Program-made: the position numbers and the translations under genes
Shown: positions 19,037-29,097 of the stretch, one piece after another
How positions within the stretch are numbered: the first letter of the stretch is position 1
Layout of the letters: each line of letters opens with the position of its first letter
Notes under the pieces: model-generated
The model's database searches: none
Told to the model about the DNA's origin: nothing
Seen by the model: the letters and a program-made list of their open reading frames with translations, nothing else
NCBI GenBank assembly: GCA_022824835.1
Contig: JAJDZB010000001.1
Coordinates: forward strand, 23,318 to 87,317
Length of the DNA stretch: 64,000 bases
Origin: Candidatus Poribacteria bacterium
GTDB taxonomy: Bacteria; Poribacteria; WGA-4E; WGA-3G
Reading direction: 5' to 3'

Positions 19037-19945
19037 ATGAAGTACAAAATGTTATGTCTTCAGATAGCTCCTTTACTGATTATAATCTCACTCATGAGTG
19101 GGTGTGGTTTGAGTAAGCTTTCCAAAATTCAACAGGAAAGCGATTTAGCTGTCGTTGAAACGACACTTGAAAAAAACCTAAAGACACTTGGACGTCTTTC
19201 AAAGTTAGGCAATAAGTCACTGATTGTCAAGACTGCACGCGCCTATTCATCCTATAGCGGATTCCTTGAAGATAGAATGGAGGAAGCAGGCATTGAAGGT
19301 GATGTGGAAACGGAAGCGGAAATGCGGATGCAAGCAATTGAACACTACAAAATCTCTGAAAAGTATGCTCTAAAGGCGTTGTCAAAAACCGATAAGAACT
19401 TTAAAAGCGTACGAACTGTTGCTTCTGAGGTATTTGAACGTTCTCTTAAGAGATTGAAAAAGAAGGATGCCGAACCGCTATTTTGGGCTGCATACGCTAT
19501 TGCACGAGGTATCAGTCTTCAGAAAGATGACCCTATGCAAGTGATTGACTTAGCAAGAGTAGAACTGATGATGAAACGCGTATTGGAATTAGACGAATAT
19601 ATCTACTACGGCAGCGCGCATCTATTCTACGCGGTCTATTTTGGTGACAGATCGCCAGCAATCGGTGGTGATCCTGAGAAAGCAAAGGAACATATCGATC
19701 GCGTTGATGAAATCAATGAGGGTAAGTTCCTCATGACCAAGTTATACTTAGCAAGATACTATGCTTATCCGAAACAAGATATTGATTTATTCCAAAATTC
19801 ATTGCAGACGATCTTAGATGCACCGAAAGACATTTTTCCGGGTGAGCAAGCAGCAACTTCACTTGCAAAATCGCGCGCAAAACGTCTACTCGCACAAACT
19901 GACATGTTATTTGATTTAGAATTTGAAGCAGAGGAGAACGATTAA
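19037..19945 (+). CDS. TRAP transporter TatT component (TPAT system lipoprotein)
   Basis: Lipobox MSGC, LFWAA, M.RVLELDE..YYG.AHL, GGDPEKAKEH; adjacent to dctP. Confidence 0.8.
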   Translation: MKYKMLCLQIAPLLIIISLMSGCGLSKLSKIQQESDLAVVETTLEKNLKTLGRLSKLGNKSLIVKTARAYSSYSGFLEDRMEEAGIEGDVETEAEMRMQAIEHYKISEKYALKALSKTDKNFKSVRTVASEVFERSLKRLKKKDAEPLFWAAYAIARGISLQKDDPMQVIDLARVELMMKRVLELDEYIYYGSAHLFYAVYFGDRSPAIGGDPEKAKEHIDRVDEINEGKFLMTKLYLARYYAYPKQDIDLFQNSLQTILDAPKDIFPGEQAATSLAKSRAKRLLAQTDMLFDLEFEAEEND

Positions 19946-20988
19946 TGAGAAATAGAACCGAATGTTGTAAATTACACTATACCGCATTGGTATGTGTCGT
20001 ATTCGTTGTTGTTGGAATGTTATCTTTACCCGTTTCTGTAAATGCTATAGACCCAATTAAGTTTGCTACACTTGCACCGAAAGGTTCTACATGGATGAAC
20101 AATTTCGATGCTATGGCAAAAGATATTCGCGCGCAGACGGATGGAGATATAAAGTTCAGATTCTATGCAAACGGGATTCAGGGTGATGAAATAGATGTAA
20201 TCCGTAAAATGCGTGCCGGATTGTTGCATGCAGGTGCAATGACAGCAACAGGTCTTGGGGAAATCAACGAGGAAGTCCTGATTTTTCAACTCCCTCGCAT
20301 GTTTAAGACATATCAGGAACTCGACTATGTTCGGAACTATCTGAGGGAAGACTTAGATAAAGTGTTTTTGGATAAGGGGTATGTATTGCTCGGAATGGGG
20401 GATATCGGTTACTACTATATTTTTAGCAACCACCCGATCAGGAATATAGAAGACCTACAATCACCGAATGTAAAGATGTGGTCACGTACAAGTGATAGGA
20501 TAGCGATAGAGTTCTATAAGAGAGCCAAAATCGCTACTGTCCCAAGGGAAGTAACCCAGGTACTGAGTTCTCTCTATTCAGGGCAGCTCAATGCTTTAAC
20601 TGCATCACCTTATGTAACAGTTGCGCTGCAATGGCACGACAGATTTAGGTATATGACGACGCTGCCTATTAATGTTGGTGTCGGTGCTACATTAATAACG
20701 AAGGAAAAATTCGATGAATTAACACCTGAACAGCAGAAAGTTTTACGGGATGTAGGTGAGGCGTATCAGACGAAGATGATATCAGAAATTCGTCAAGACA
20801 ATGAGAAGGCTATTGCGGCATTGGTAAAGAAAGCTGGCATTCAACAGGTAGATTTTGAGGATGATGCATTAGAGGCATGGGATGCCATTGCTGTAGATAC
20901 GCAGAACGCCCTGGTCGGAGAGATATATTCACAGGAATTCCTTGACAAGATAAACGCACTTTTGCGTGAGTATCGTGAGAAACAGTAG
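19945..20988 (+). CDS. dctP: TRAP transporter substrate-binding protein DctP (TatP type)
   Basis: IKFATLAPKGSTW, GIQGDE.DVIRKMRAG.L, ALQW; TAATG overlap with the tatT-like gene. Confidence 0.88.
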   Translation: MRNRTECCKLHYTALVCVVFVVVGMLSLPVSVNAIDPIKFATLAPKGSTWMNNFDAMAKDIRAQTDGDIKFRFYANGIQGDEIDVIRKMRAGLLHAGAMTATGLGEINEEVLIFQLPRMFKTYQELDYVRNYLREDLDKVFLDKGYVLLGMGDIGYYYIFSNHPIRNIEDLQSPNVKMWSRTSDRIAIEFYKRAKIATVPREVTQVLSSLYSGQLNALTASPYVTVALQWHDRFRYMTTLPINVGVGATLITKEKFDELTPEQQKVLRDVGEAYQTKMISEIRQDNEKAIAALVKKAGIQQVDFEDDALEAWDAIAVDTQNALVGEIYSQEFLDKINALLREYREKQ

Positions 20989-21003
20989 ATAGTTCCCAAT
21001 TCA

Positions 21004-21030
21004 GTAGGCGGGTATTGAAAACCCGCCTAT
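21004..21030. terminator. GTAG-started hairpin between convergent genes (REP-like, probable terminator) at the defence island edge
   Basis: TAGGCGGGT-attgaaa-ACCCGCCTA, perfect 9-bp stem. Confidence 0.6.
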
Positions 21031-24000
21031 TATCGTGGCTTCTTCGGTTGAATTCCTACTTTCTCAAACATTAAATCTAAGTACGATTTCTCATCGTTGA
21101 GACACTTACTTGTAGAACCATTCTCTTTCTTTTGATGCCAGTCTAATCGAAGAATGTTATACGCTAACATATTTTCGGTAATCCAGTCAAAATTTTCTTG
21201 TCTTCCTAACTCGGAACTATCCCGTAATAGAAGAAATGAATCAAGTTGAAATTTCTTGTCCTGTTTTGTCTCTAATTGCTTCTCAAGCAAGAGAAGTGTC
21301 TGGTCTTCGGTTTTTTGTGCAATTTTAACCTTCGGATGATCTTTATAATTAGCCTTTGACCCACCTATAATCCCTCGCTCACCTTTGGGATCGATAAATA
21401 TAATGTGAGTAATATCACTTTCATTGTCAATAGTCCACAGAACAAAATCCGGGAAAAAACTACCCGCATCACTTTCCAAGAATATCCCAATTTTCTGAAC
21501 GTTTCGCATTAGGTAAAACTCATATCTTTCATTTCGTAGGTAGTTTAACTTAATGTATTCTGTTAAGTCTTCAACAAACTTCTTTTCACCTGCATTCAAT
21601 CTATCTGGTGAGACTTTCACATCATTATAATCAGATTCCACATCGTCTTGATGCCGTATCAACGGATTGTAAATGTGCCGATGTCCTGTTTGTAAGACAT
21701 GAGTCAATTCTCTCTGAATTGGTGCTTCAGGGTTTATTCTTAGTGCCTTTGTTTTATCGTGTTCATTTTCAGATTCCTTAATCTTTGCAAGAAATGCTTC
21801 ATATTCACTGCTATCCTTAAATTCTTTTGTTACTGTATACTCATAGATAAAATCATCTCTAATTAACGGTTCATAAAGATAATTTCTGCGATTGATGTGA
21901 GCGTTGATTCGGTTCCGAAGTTGACGAATGACATCTATTACGATTTGCCGATTAAGTCCGTCTGTCCACGCAATTGGATCTGAACCTGGTTCATGGTAAC
22001 GAATTTCATCCACAAGTGAAAGAAGATCTGAAATAGTTGGTTTACAGTCTGTTTTGTTATACAGTTGCAGCTGATTTGTTTCTTCCTCGCGATGTATCAC
22101 AGTAGCAAGTTTCGCCCTATTCAGATAACAAGAATACTTTTCAATATTCTGCTCCAAGTCCCAGTAGACATTTGGAGAATCTCGTTCCTTATCCGTTCGG
22201 TAATCACATTTCAGCGGACGCCACTTATTGATAGTGCCAGATTTTTCATTTTCACCGTCTTGATATTTATAGTGGATTTTATCCCCGTTGAGAAAAACCC
22301 GCTTGAATCCACTGCCTGCGGTGGTACGTTGTTTAAAGATTGACAATTTCTTGCTGTATTGTTCAAAACTAACAGAGGTGTTACCATCAACCTTAAAAAA
22401 CGTTGGGTTTACTTTAATTGGAAAAGTGTGCAGCAATGGGACACCACCAGCATGCACTTCCTTAAGGAAGTGTTCAAGGTAACTTCGCTTTAGGCTGAAA
22501 ACGGTTAACGTCTCTAAACGACGAATATCGTTATTCTTATCTTCTTTTCGTAGATTGTAGTAATTCCTGTTGTGTTCAATATGCCGTCGTTTACCACAAC
22601 CTCCGATTCCATGTAACCTAACACCACGTCCGAATATCTGTATAATGAGGTTTCCTTTAGAAGTTCCCAAGTTAATTAGATCGATCACAGATAAACGATA
22701 GGAATTCCACCCTTCTGCGAATTTTCGGCTTCCTATCAGAACATTTATCGGACTTGAATCATTATCAAGATTCTCAAACTGTAGGTCTGGATCGACAATC
22801 GACTCCGTGAATGTATCAATTTTATTGTTATTTATGCTATTGAAGAAACTGATTGCATCGCCAACATTGATCATACCCCATTTTTTGCCATCTCCATAGG
22901 ATAAGAGTAGTTCACTATTGTTTTCTGGATTGCGCGCAACTACAAGTCTACCAATGATATCACCACCAAAGATTGACCTATAATTCTCCCGTTCTTCAGG
23001 ACGAAGTGCAGCAAAATAATCAAGAATCCTTTGGATGTCAGAAACTTCATCACCATCGCCTTCTTTTGATGGATTTTCGACTGTATGTCCCATAAACGCC
23101 ATCAGAGGACGATGCACAGTAAAGTCATCCTCAAGTTCTTTATCCTTCCTGACTCTGTCGAATGTGTGTAACTTCTCTTCCATCACGCGCAGACACTCGT
23201 CAAGATTGTCTTTAATTTCCCCTTCGGATTCATCAGCACCCACCTTATCTGCTTCTATTGGTTTAAAAAAGTGGTCTTTACCGTATCCATCTCCATAAAA
23301 TCGCGTGTAATCATAGCGATAGATGATAGCATTGCTGTATTCTTCTTTTAGTTCTTTTGCAATATTGTGGAAAGTAGCTGAATACTCAAACAGAAAGGAA
23401 TTACCGACATTGAGACGATTCTTCCGAAGTTCCCTGAATTTTCCAGCCTGACCAGTAGTCAACCCGATGTGAGCTTCGTCAACCAATATCAGCCTGCGGA
23501 CATCTCTATCATCAGGCATCTGGAAGTAATCTTCCTCTTTTTGTAATAGTCCCTGTGTTGTGTCAATTATGAGTTCAATCCGATTATTATAGGTTTCATT
23601 CAGTTGCCGCACATAAGGTTCTAACTCGCGTTCATGCTGTTTAATCAGATTAGCTAAAGGGGTTGTCAGGAAGATTTGAAGAATCGCACCATCAGATTTA
23701 CAAAAATGATGCAAATATTGGAGGATATTAAGATGCATGACAAGCGTTTTCCCGCTGCCTGTTGCCATCCAATATGCCAACATCCGTTGTTTCTCTTGTC
23801 CACCATTTAGGTCAAATCCAGTAGAAACTGTCTGATTTTCTAAGAATTGATCAGTGAAAAGCAACGCCAAAACTTGATAATAGCGGAGTTTGAATGTATT
23901 TCTTGTTAGATAGTTATAATCATCAAGGTATTTCTGGATCCGTTCCAAAGACTCAGAAGGCAACTGTAACATCTGTTCTGGATCATACAATTCAATGTCA

Positions 24001-24077
24001 CGCTTTATGCCGTCCCTACTAATGTCAATACCGTTTTCAGTTAATATCTTTGCTTCGTATTCTTGATATAGTGCCAT
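21030..24077 (-). CDS. res: Type III restriction endonuclease subunit (SF2 helicase plus PD-(D/E)xK nuclease)
   Basis: MATGSGKT, LVDEAH, EYSATF, GSRKFAEGWN, QIFGRGVR; C-terminal FFPDF...IDPKG. Confidence 0.88.
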   Translation of the reverse strand: MALYQEYEAKILTENGIDISRDGIKRDIELYDPEQMLQLPSESLERIQKYLDDYNYLTRNTFKLRYYQVLALLFTDQFLENQTVSTGFDLNGGQEKQRMLAYWMATGSGKTLVMHLNILQYLHHFCKSDGAILQIFLTTPLANLIKQHERELEPYVRQLNETYNNRIELIIDTTQGLLQKEEDYFQMPDDRDVRRLILVDEAHIGLTTGQAGKFRELRKNRLNVGNSFLFEYSATFHNIAKELKEEYSNAIIYRYDYTRFYGDGYGKDHFFKPIEADKVGADESEGEIKDNLDECLRVMEEKLHTFDRVRKDKELEDDFTVHRPLMAFMGHTVENPSKEGDGDEVSDIQRILDYFAALRPEERENYRSIFGGDIIGRLVVARNPENNSELLLSYGDGKKWGMINVGDAISFFNSINNNKIDTFTESIVDPDLQFENLDNDSSPINVLIGSRKFAEGWNSYRLSVIDLINLGTSKGNLIIQIFGRGVRLHGIGGCGKRRHIEHNRNYYNLRKEDKNNDIRRLETLTVFSLKRSYLEHFLKEVHAGGVPLLHTFPIKVNPTFFKVDGNTSVSFEQYSKKLSIFKQRTTAGSGFKRVFLNGDKIHYKYQDGENEKSGTINKWRPLKCDYRTDKERDSPNVYWDLEQNIEKYSCYLNRAKLATVIHREEETNQLQLYNKTDCKPTISDLLSLVDEIRYHEPGSDPIAWTDGLNRQIVIDVIRQLRNRINAHINRRNYLYEPLIRDDFIYEYTVTKEFKDSSEYEAFLAKIKESENEHDKTKALRINPEAPIQRELTHVLQTGHRHIYNPLIRHQDDVESDYNDVKVSPDRLNAGEKKFVEDLTEYIKLNYLRNERYEFYLMRNVQKIGIFLESDAGSFFPDFVLWTIDNESDITHIIFIDPKGERGIIGGSKANYKDHPKVKIAQKTEDQTLLLLEKQLETKQDKKFQLDSFLLLRDSSELGRQENFDWITENMLAYNILRLDWHQKKENGSTSKCLNDEKSYLDLMFEKVGIQPKKPR

Positions 24078-24089
24078 AGGTAGTTCCCA

Positions 24090-27000
24090 TTAGGTTTCAA
24101 TAGTATCCCACACTGGTCCTGAATCAAAATCCTTTATCGTGATGATATGGATTTCTTTTAGCCCCGAACCTTCGCGTAGCCTGATCTGATTTACATCATA
24201 ATTTACATCTATTTGAGTAACACCCTTAATCCGTTCATCATTCAAAATCTTCAATAATTCATCAGTATCATCTACACCTTCAGTCACATTTCTGAACACA
24301 ACCGCTCGTTTGTTACTTCTGATGACTCGATAGACCTGATTACCAAAATCAAACCGCAGCCGTCGCTGAATTGACAGTCCTTTCATATAGCAGTAGGTTT
24401 CCAACACGTCAACATAACCATCTGTGCTGTCCTTACCGTAGGTGATTCTATTTGAAAACGGCTTACGTATATCCATCATCAACCGTATTTCCTGTTCCTC
24501 TGGACGATAGAGATATTTCACATGTAATCCTAATTCCCCATCATCATTCTGCAGTATAGTTGTGAGGTTATTGAGGATATCCTCATACTGTTCCAAACGT
24601 TGATATTTGATAATGCCGATAGTACCATCAATTTTCTTTTTATCTGGTTTGCCATCTTTCCAATTTTCAGAGTACATCACACGACGAATCCGCTCTTTCA
24701 AAGTGCTTTCAAAATAATCACCCATCTCAACAAGGATAAATTTACGTTTTCTGTTATCATCTTTGTTGAGTTTTCTCTTTTTATTTCTGTTGAGATTTAG
24801 TATAGCATGTCCTGTTGTTCCACTTCCTGCAAAAAAGTCAAGTGTGATCCCCTTCCCATCTGGTGTTACTGCCCACACCAGATTTTCATACAATCCTACA
24901 GGATGACAAAAAGGAAATGTTAATCCTAAATTTTCAATTTGTTGTTTACCTGTTTCCCCTGAAGCTATAAGTGACGATTGTTCAATTATAATATGGTCTT
25001 TCAAATAATATTTTCGTTGAGGTTGTGTTCTTTCATCAATGTCAAAATGAATCTCATTGTTATCAAGCAAACTCTGCATGAATTCGGGTCTATTACCCCA
25101 TCCGTTATGAGGAACTGGACAGGGTTTAAGTGTTTGTGGATGATCTAAAGGTATAAAATACTTGGGATCCTTACGAAGTTCTGGGGCTCCCATGTGAACT
25201 TTTCGATATACAGTTCCATTCTCATCCAGATTTGAATATGCCTTGTCACCTTTACTGAAATCAGTTGAAGAAGTTATCCAATTTATGAATTCTTCACAAC
25301 ATTCTTCTGTTGGACTCTTATGTTTTTTTATTAGCGTTGCTGCTTTCTTGAGAATTGCCTCTCTGTTAAAATTATAGTACTTAAGTTTAATATTTCCTTT
25401 TGATTGACAAAATATGTATTCATGTTGACTCGCAATGCGATTTGCACCACTAACTGGATTTCTTTTATCCCAAACGATAGTTCCTTGATTTTGCATCCGC
25501 ATGGTATCAAATACTTGAAACAGGTTTTCATACTCGTTTTCGTCAATGTGACAAAGGATGCAGCTATCCTGTGACATTAACTGCTCTGCAAGAGATAAGC
25601 GATTATCCATCATTGTTAGCCAACTTGAATGCTGGTAATCGTTTTTGTATAGAAACCCGCTTGTGTTGGTGTTGTAAGGGGGATCTATGTGGACACATCT
25701 AATGGATCCTCGGAATTTTTCCATTAATAAATCCAGTGCCTGAAAGTTCTCACTATTGAGTAGCAAACCATCAGTTTGTGATTCTAAATCATTAAAAAGT
25801 GAAAGGATTCTGTCAACGAAGGTATCATCAAAATACCTTGTATCTAACGGTAATGTCGGATATACTCCATCGAGTAACGGTAATTGTTCTCTAATATCAA
25901 TATCAAAGGTCTCTAGCCAGTCATCAAGCTGTGCTCTGTTCTGCAATATTTTAGAATAGGTTTCCTTACGAAGTTCAGGATCATTTTTTGTAACCTCAGC
26001 TATTTTGCCTACAGAGATAAGATAATCTGTAGAGATAACTTTTTTCTTCATCAGGAAAAGCTGCTTCTGGAACGTTTCCACAGCAACGAGCAGCGCAATT
26101 ACCTCGTCAGTGACGTTACGGAATGCTGTTGCAATGGCGAATGCAGGATTTTCAGGACTGGGGTTCAAAAGCGTATCTAAATCGCAGAGGATAGTGTTCT
26201 GGATATAACGGCGTTGCTCGGTTTTCAGGAATCTATCCAAGTCCTTGTGTATAAAATAGTCGGAATCCATTCCTACAAAGAAAGTATTCAGGTTCTTATC
26301 AAAAGTTTGAAACCTTTTTACAGTTGGACTTAGTTCAAGTTTCTGCTTCCGTTCATCTCTGTTTTTCCCAAGTCCTCTAAAATCTGAATGACTTGCCAAC
26401 TTCTCAGCATATTTATCCAAGCCAAGCCGTAACGACTTAATGCCTTGAAATTTTCCATCGCTTACTTTGTTATAGGTATCCGCTAAATCCTTAAAGATAG
26501 GTTTTCCAAGTTCTTCACCCCTCTTGGGTTCTTCATGCAAATAGATATCAACATCGTCAGTCATGTCAAAAATCTGTGCATTCATCTTACGGTATATCTC
26601 AACTTTTGGTGTTGAAGCATCTGCCAAATGAAATATAACACGCCATGTCGGTTCTGCATCATCAGATTTAGGATCTTCAATTCTATCGAATCGGTAGTGT
26701 TTAAAATCTTCTTGATTACTGTTCTGTGCAACAGCAGAGGTAGATTTGCCTTCTAACCGATATTCAATCCGTTTGCCCTCAACTTCAAAGGTAACGCTAT
26801 TAAAGCCTGTTGCTGTTTTGACGTAGTAACTATCGCGACATTTCCAATGGAAAAGTATATCTGTCCCGTTATAGTCTGTCTCGTCTGGATAGTCTACCTT
26901 ATACTGTGCAGTGCTTCTGTCGTTATACCCAAAGTCCCCATCACGGTAGTAACTTTCGAAGAAATTGTGGATGTGATTGTAGAGACGGTATGCCAGTTGT

Positions 27001-27377
27001 GCTTTGAGCTGTTCTGGGTCTGTTTCTAAGGGAACAATAAGGTGTTTCTGTTCCTTATAGGTTAGAAAATCTATAAGTGGAAGTTGGTGATCTGAAATAT
27101 TGTGTAAGTATCCTTTTTCTGTTGTGCCACCCTCTTTTTCAATATATTCCTTAACTTCTCTAAGTTGACTATCATAAAGTTGTTCTGTAACTTCTGACAA
27201 TGCCTTTTCAACAATAGATGTCAACTTTTCATCAATGAACAGATTTATCTCATCGCGTTTGATTCTTAGTATGCGAAATATTCCGAAATCAAGATCGGAA
27301 TTTGAGAATTGGAACATTTCTCGGAGTTTTTCGCGAAGATTGTTTAGTGCTTCAGTTGTTCGGTTGATTTCTGACAT
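24090..27377 (-). CDS. mod: Type III restriction-modification adenine methyltransferase (long Mod subunit)
   Basis: DLDFGIFRI N-terminus, IDPPYNT (motif IV) before LDFFAGSGTTG (motif I), i.e. beta class; 12 bp upstream of res. Confidence 0.9.
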   Translation of the reverse strand: MSEINRTTEALNNLREKLREMFQFSNSDLDFGIFRILRIKRDEINLFIDEKLTSIVEKALSEVTEQLYDSQLREVKEYIEKEGGTTEKGYLHNISDHQLPLIDFLTYKEQKHLIVPLETDPEQLKAQLAYRLYNHIHNFFESYYRDGDFGYNDRSTAQYKVDYPDETDYNGTDILFHWKCRDSYYVKTATGFNSVTFEVEGKRIEYRLEGKSTSAVAQNSNQEDFKHYRFDRIEDPKSDDAEPTWRVIFHLADASTPKVEIYRKMNAQIFDMTDDVDIYLHEEPKRGEELGKPIFKDLADTYNKVSDGKFQGIKSLRLGLDKYAEKLASHSDFRGLGKNRDERKQKLELSPTVKRFQTFDKNLNTFFVGMDSDYFIHKDLDRFLKTEQRRYIQNTILCDLDTLLNPSPENPAFAIATAFRNVTDEVIALLVAVETFQKQLFLMKKKVISTDYLISVGKIAEVTKNDPELRKETYSKILQNRAQLDDWLETFDIDIREQLPLLDGVYPTLPLDTRYFDDTFVDRILSLFNDLESQTDGLLLNSENFQALDLLMEKFRGSIRCVHIDPPYNTNTSGFLYKNDYQHSSWLTMMDNRLSLAEQLMSQDSCILCHIDENEYENLFQVFDTMRMQNQGTIVWDKRNPVSGANRIASQHEYIFCQSKGNIKLKYYNFNREAILKKAATLIKKHKSPTEECCEEFINWITSSTDFSKGDKAYSNLDENGTVYRKVHMGAPELRKDPKYFIPLDHPQTLKPCPVPHNGWGNRPEFMQSLLDNNEIHFDIDERTQPQRKYYLKDHIIIEQSSLIASGETGKQQIENLGLTFPFCHPVGLYENLVWAVTPDGKGITLDFFAGSGTTGHAILNLNRNKKRKLNKDDNRKRKFILVEMGDYFESTLKERIRRVMYSENWKDGKPDKKKIDGTIGIIKYQRLEQYEDILNNLTTILQNDDGELGLHVKYLYRPEEQEIRLMMDIRKPFSNRITYGKDSTDGYVDVLETYCYMKGLSIQRRLRFDFGNQVYRVIRSNKRAVVFRNVTEGVDDTDELLKILNDERIKGVTQIDVNYDVNQIRLREGSGLKEIHIITIKDFDSGPVWDTIET

Positions 27378-27612
27378 GGAATTATTTTGCCTTCCAATCT
27401 GATTACTCTATACTTCATCGGTCATATTAGATAGTCTTAATTTGGTACGTCCCACAGTTTTGTCCTTCTTCAATTCGGTCTTGAATTTTCCCTTCTGCTT
27501 CTTCTCTACTCACAAGCGGCTTTTGTAGCGTTCTCTTTCATAGTTCCTCCGCCATTTCACTATTTGTCAATTAAGTACCTAAGCATCACAGTTTGTATAA
27601 CGATCTTATGAA

Positions 27613-29097
27613 TTACATGTAATAACGGAAAGATGGATGAGGTATTTCATTTTCTCCTACTTCTGCCATAATACCACCCACCCGTCGAGAAAAGAATAGC
27701 GTTACAGGGTGGGAACTACTCATGCTTGCAGTATTCCAATTCATTCGGGCAAGTCCTAATATATCTGAGGCGACCTGATGCATGTCAACATCATCATTAC
27801 TTATTAGTCTTACTGGAGCAGGAATGTGAGGTCCAGGATATGTCTGCCATTCAGGCATATAACCTGTAGTGAATAGATATGTGGCTTCCTTATTGACTGT
27901 ACATAGGGTGCCCTTTCTCGGAGGATATGCTCCATAAGTTAATAATCGAAATTGTGTCGGCATAATGTTAATTAATTCAACTACCGGAATATCACGAAAA
28001 CCATGTTGAAATCCTTCTTGTTCTGAGTCGTCAAACCTTGATGTCTTATGAAGGACAATACGTTTCGGCTTACCACCTGTCTGTTCGCTGTACTCTTGAA
28101 GTACCTGGCTGGCAAGTTTAGCTGCTTGATCTTCCGTTAGGTGCACATTCCATCCCTGTTTTTCATCTCTGGGAATAGGTTCACCGCGAAGCGCAAAACC
28201 TTCACCACGGCTTGAAAAAGCTTGTGCTAAGCTTGAATAGACAAGATGTTGTGATGGCGTTCGTAAGTGATGAAAACTGATACCGACAAAGCAGGTTTCT
28301 GGTCCCTCAGATTTAAAACGCCAAGGTATTCCTCCCGCTTTGTAATAGAGTGCTACGCTCATGTTCCATGCACGTGTAGCCGCTTCTTGACCCGTCTCCA
28401 AATCTTCAAACAATCTCTCAGTTCCAATTTGAATTGGCATTTCATATTTCATCGTTTGGGCTTTTAAAGCACGTCTAAAATCACGATTCAGCAAGTCTTC
28501 TACGGTTTCTTCCATGCCTTCAAATAAAGAAAGTTGTTCAGACTCACGTTCAGCCTTACGTTTCTTGATGGATTTACGTTGCTGAGAAGTCAAACTACTT
28601 GAAATGCTCCAACATGTTTGGACGACCTCATTAGGCAAACAACATATTACTATATCAGGACGAGTTTCAGGGCAATTTGCCAATTCATCTATACCTTCAA
28701 TATAAAGATTCAATACATCCTCAAAACGGCTTTTTGGGTTTTTTATTACTAATGCTCTTTCAAGTTTTTTGTTGTCAATTGTTTTTACCCACTGGTTTCT
28801 TAACTCAAGTTTAGCGTGAAAAATATCTTGAAAACCAGGAAAAACTTGGTATTGTGGAGAGTCTTTAATCTCGGTTGGAATTACCTTGCGACATCTTTCA
28901 ATCCATTTATAACCTTTATTTATAATTTCTGTGTTGCCAACGAAACCAACGCGGACATCTCTTTTATGAGCGGCCCCAAAACGGCGGTCAAAGGGACCTG
29001 CTTCTGTTAGACCTACTTTTGGATCTATAAATGTCCCTGGGGCACCAAATTCAATCTCTGGTGTAGGTAATTGGTTGATTTCCATCTGAATTAACAT
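27613..29097 (-). CDS. Short prokaryotic Argonaute (MID-PIWI only, catalytically inactive)
   Basis: DFRRALKA..M...PIQI (MID), ALYYKAGGIPWR, CFVGISF and IVLHKT (slicer Asp residues absent), YPPRKGT, LARMNWN, PVTL.FSRRVG, C-terminal FRYYM. 494 aa, too short for N/PAZ lobes. Confidence 0.93.
   Translation of the reverse strand: MLIQMEINQLPTPEIEFGAPGTFIDPKVGLTEAGPFDRRFGAAHKRDVRVGFVGNTEIINKGYKWIERCRKVIPTEIKDSPQYQVFPGFQDIFHAKLELRNQWVKTIDNKKLERALVIKNPKSRFEDVLNLYIEGIDELANCPETRPDIVICCLPNEVVQTCWSISSSLTSQQRKSIKKRKAERESEQLSLFEGMEETVEDLLNRDFRRALKAQTMKYEMPIQIGTERLFEDLETGQEAATRAWNMSVALYYKAGGIPWRFKSEGPETCFVGISFHHLRTPSQHLVYSSLAQAFSSRGEGFALRGEPIPRDEKQGWNVHLTEDQAAKLASQVLQEYSEQTGGKPKRIVLHKTSRFDDSEQEGFQHGFRDIPVVELINIMPTQFRLLTYGAYPPRKGTLCTVNKEATYLFTTGYMPEWQTYPGPHIPAPVRLISNDDVDMHQVASDILGLARMNWNTASMSSSHPVTLFFSRRVGGIMAEVGENEIPHPSFRYYM

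Noticed and set aside
24090-27377. Phase-variable mod (phasevarion)
   Set aside because: No simple-sequence repeat tract seen in or upstream of the gene.
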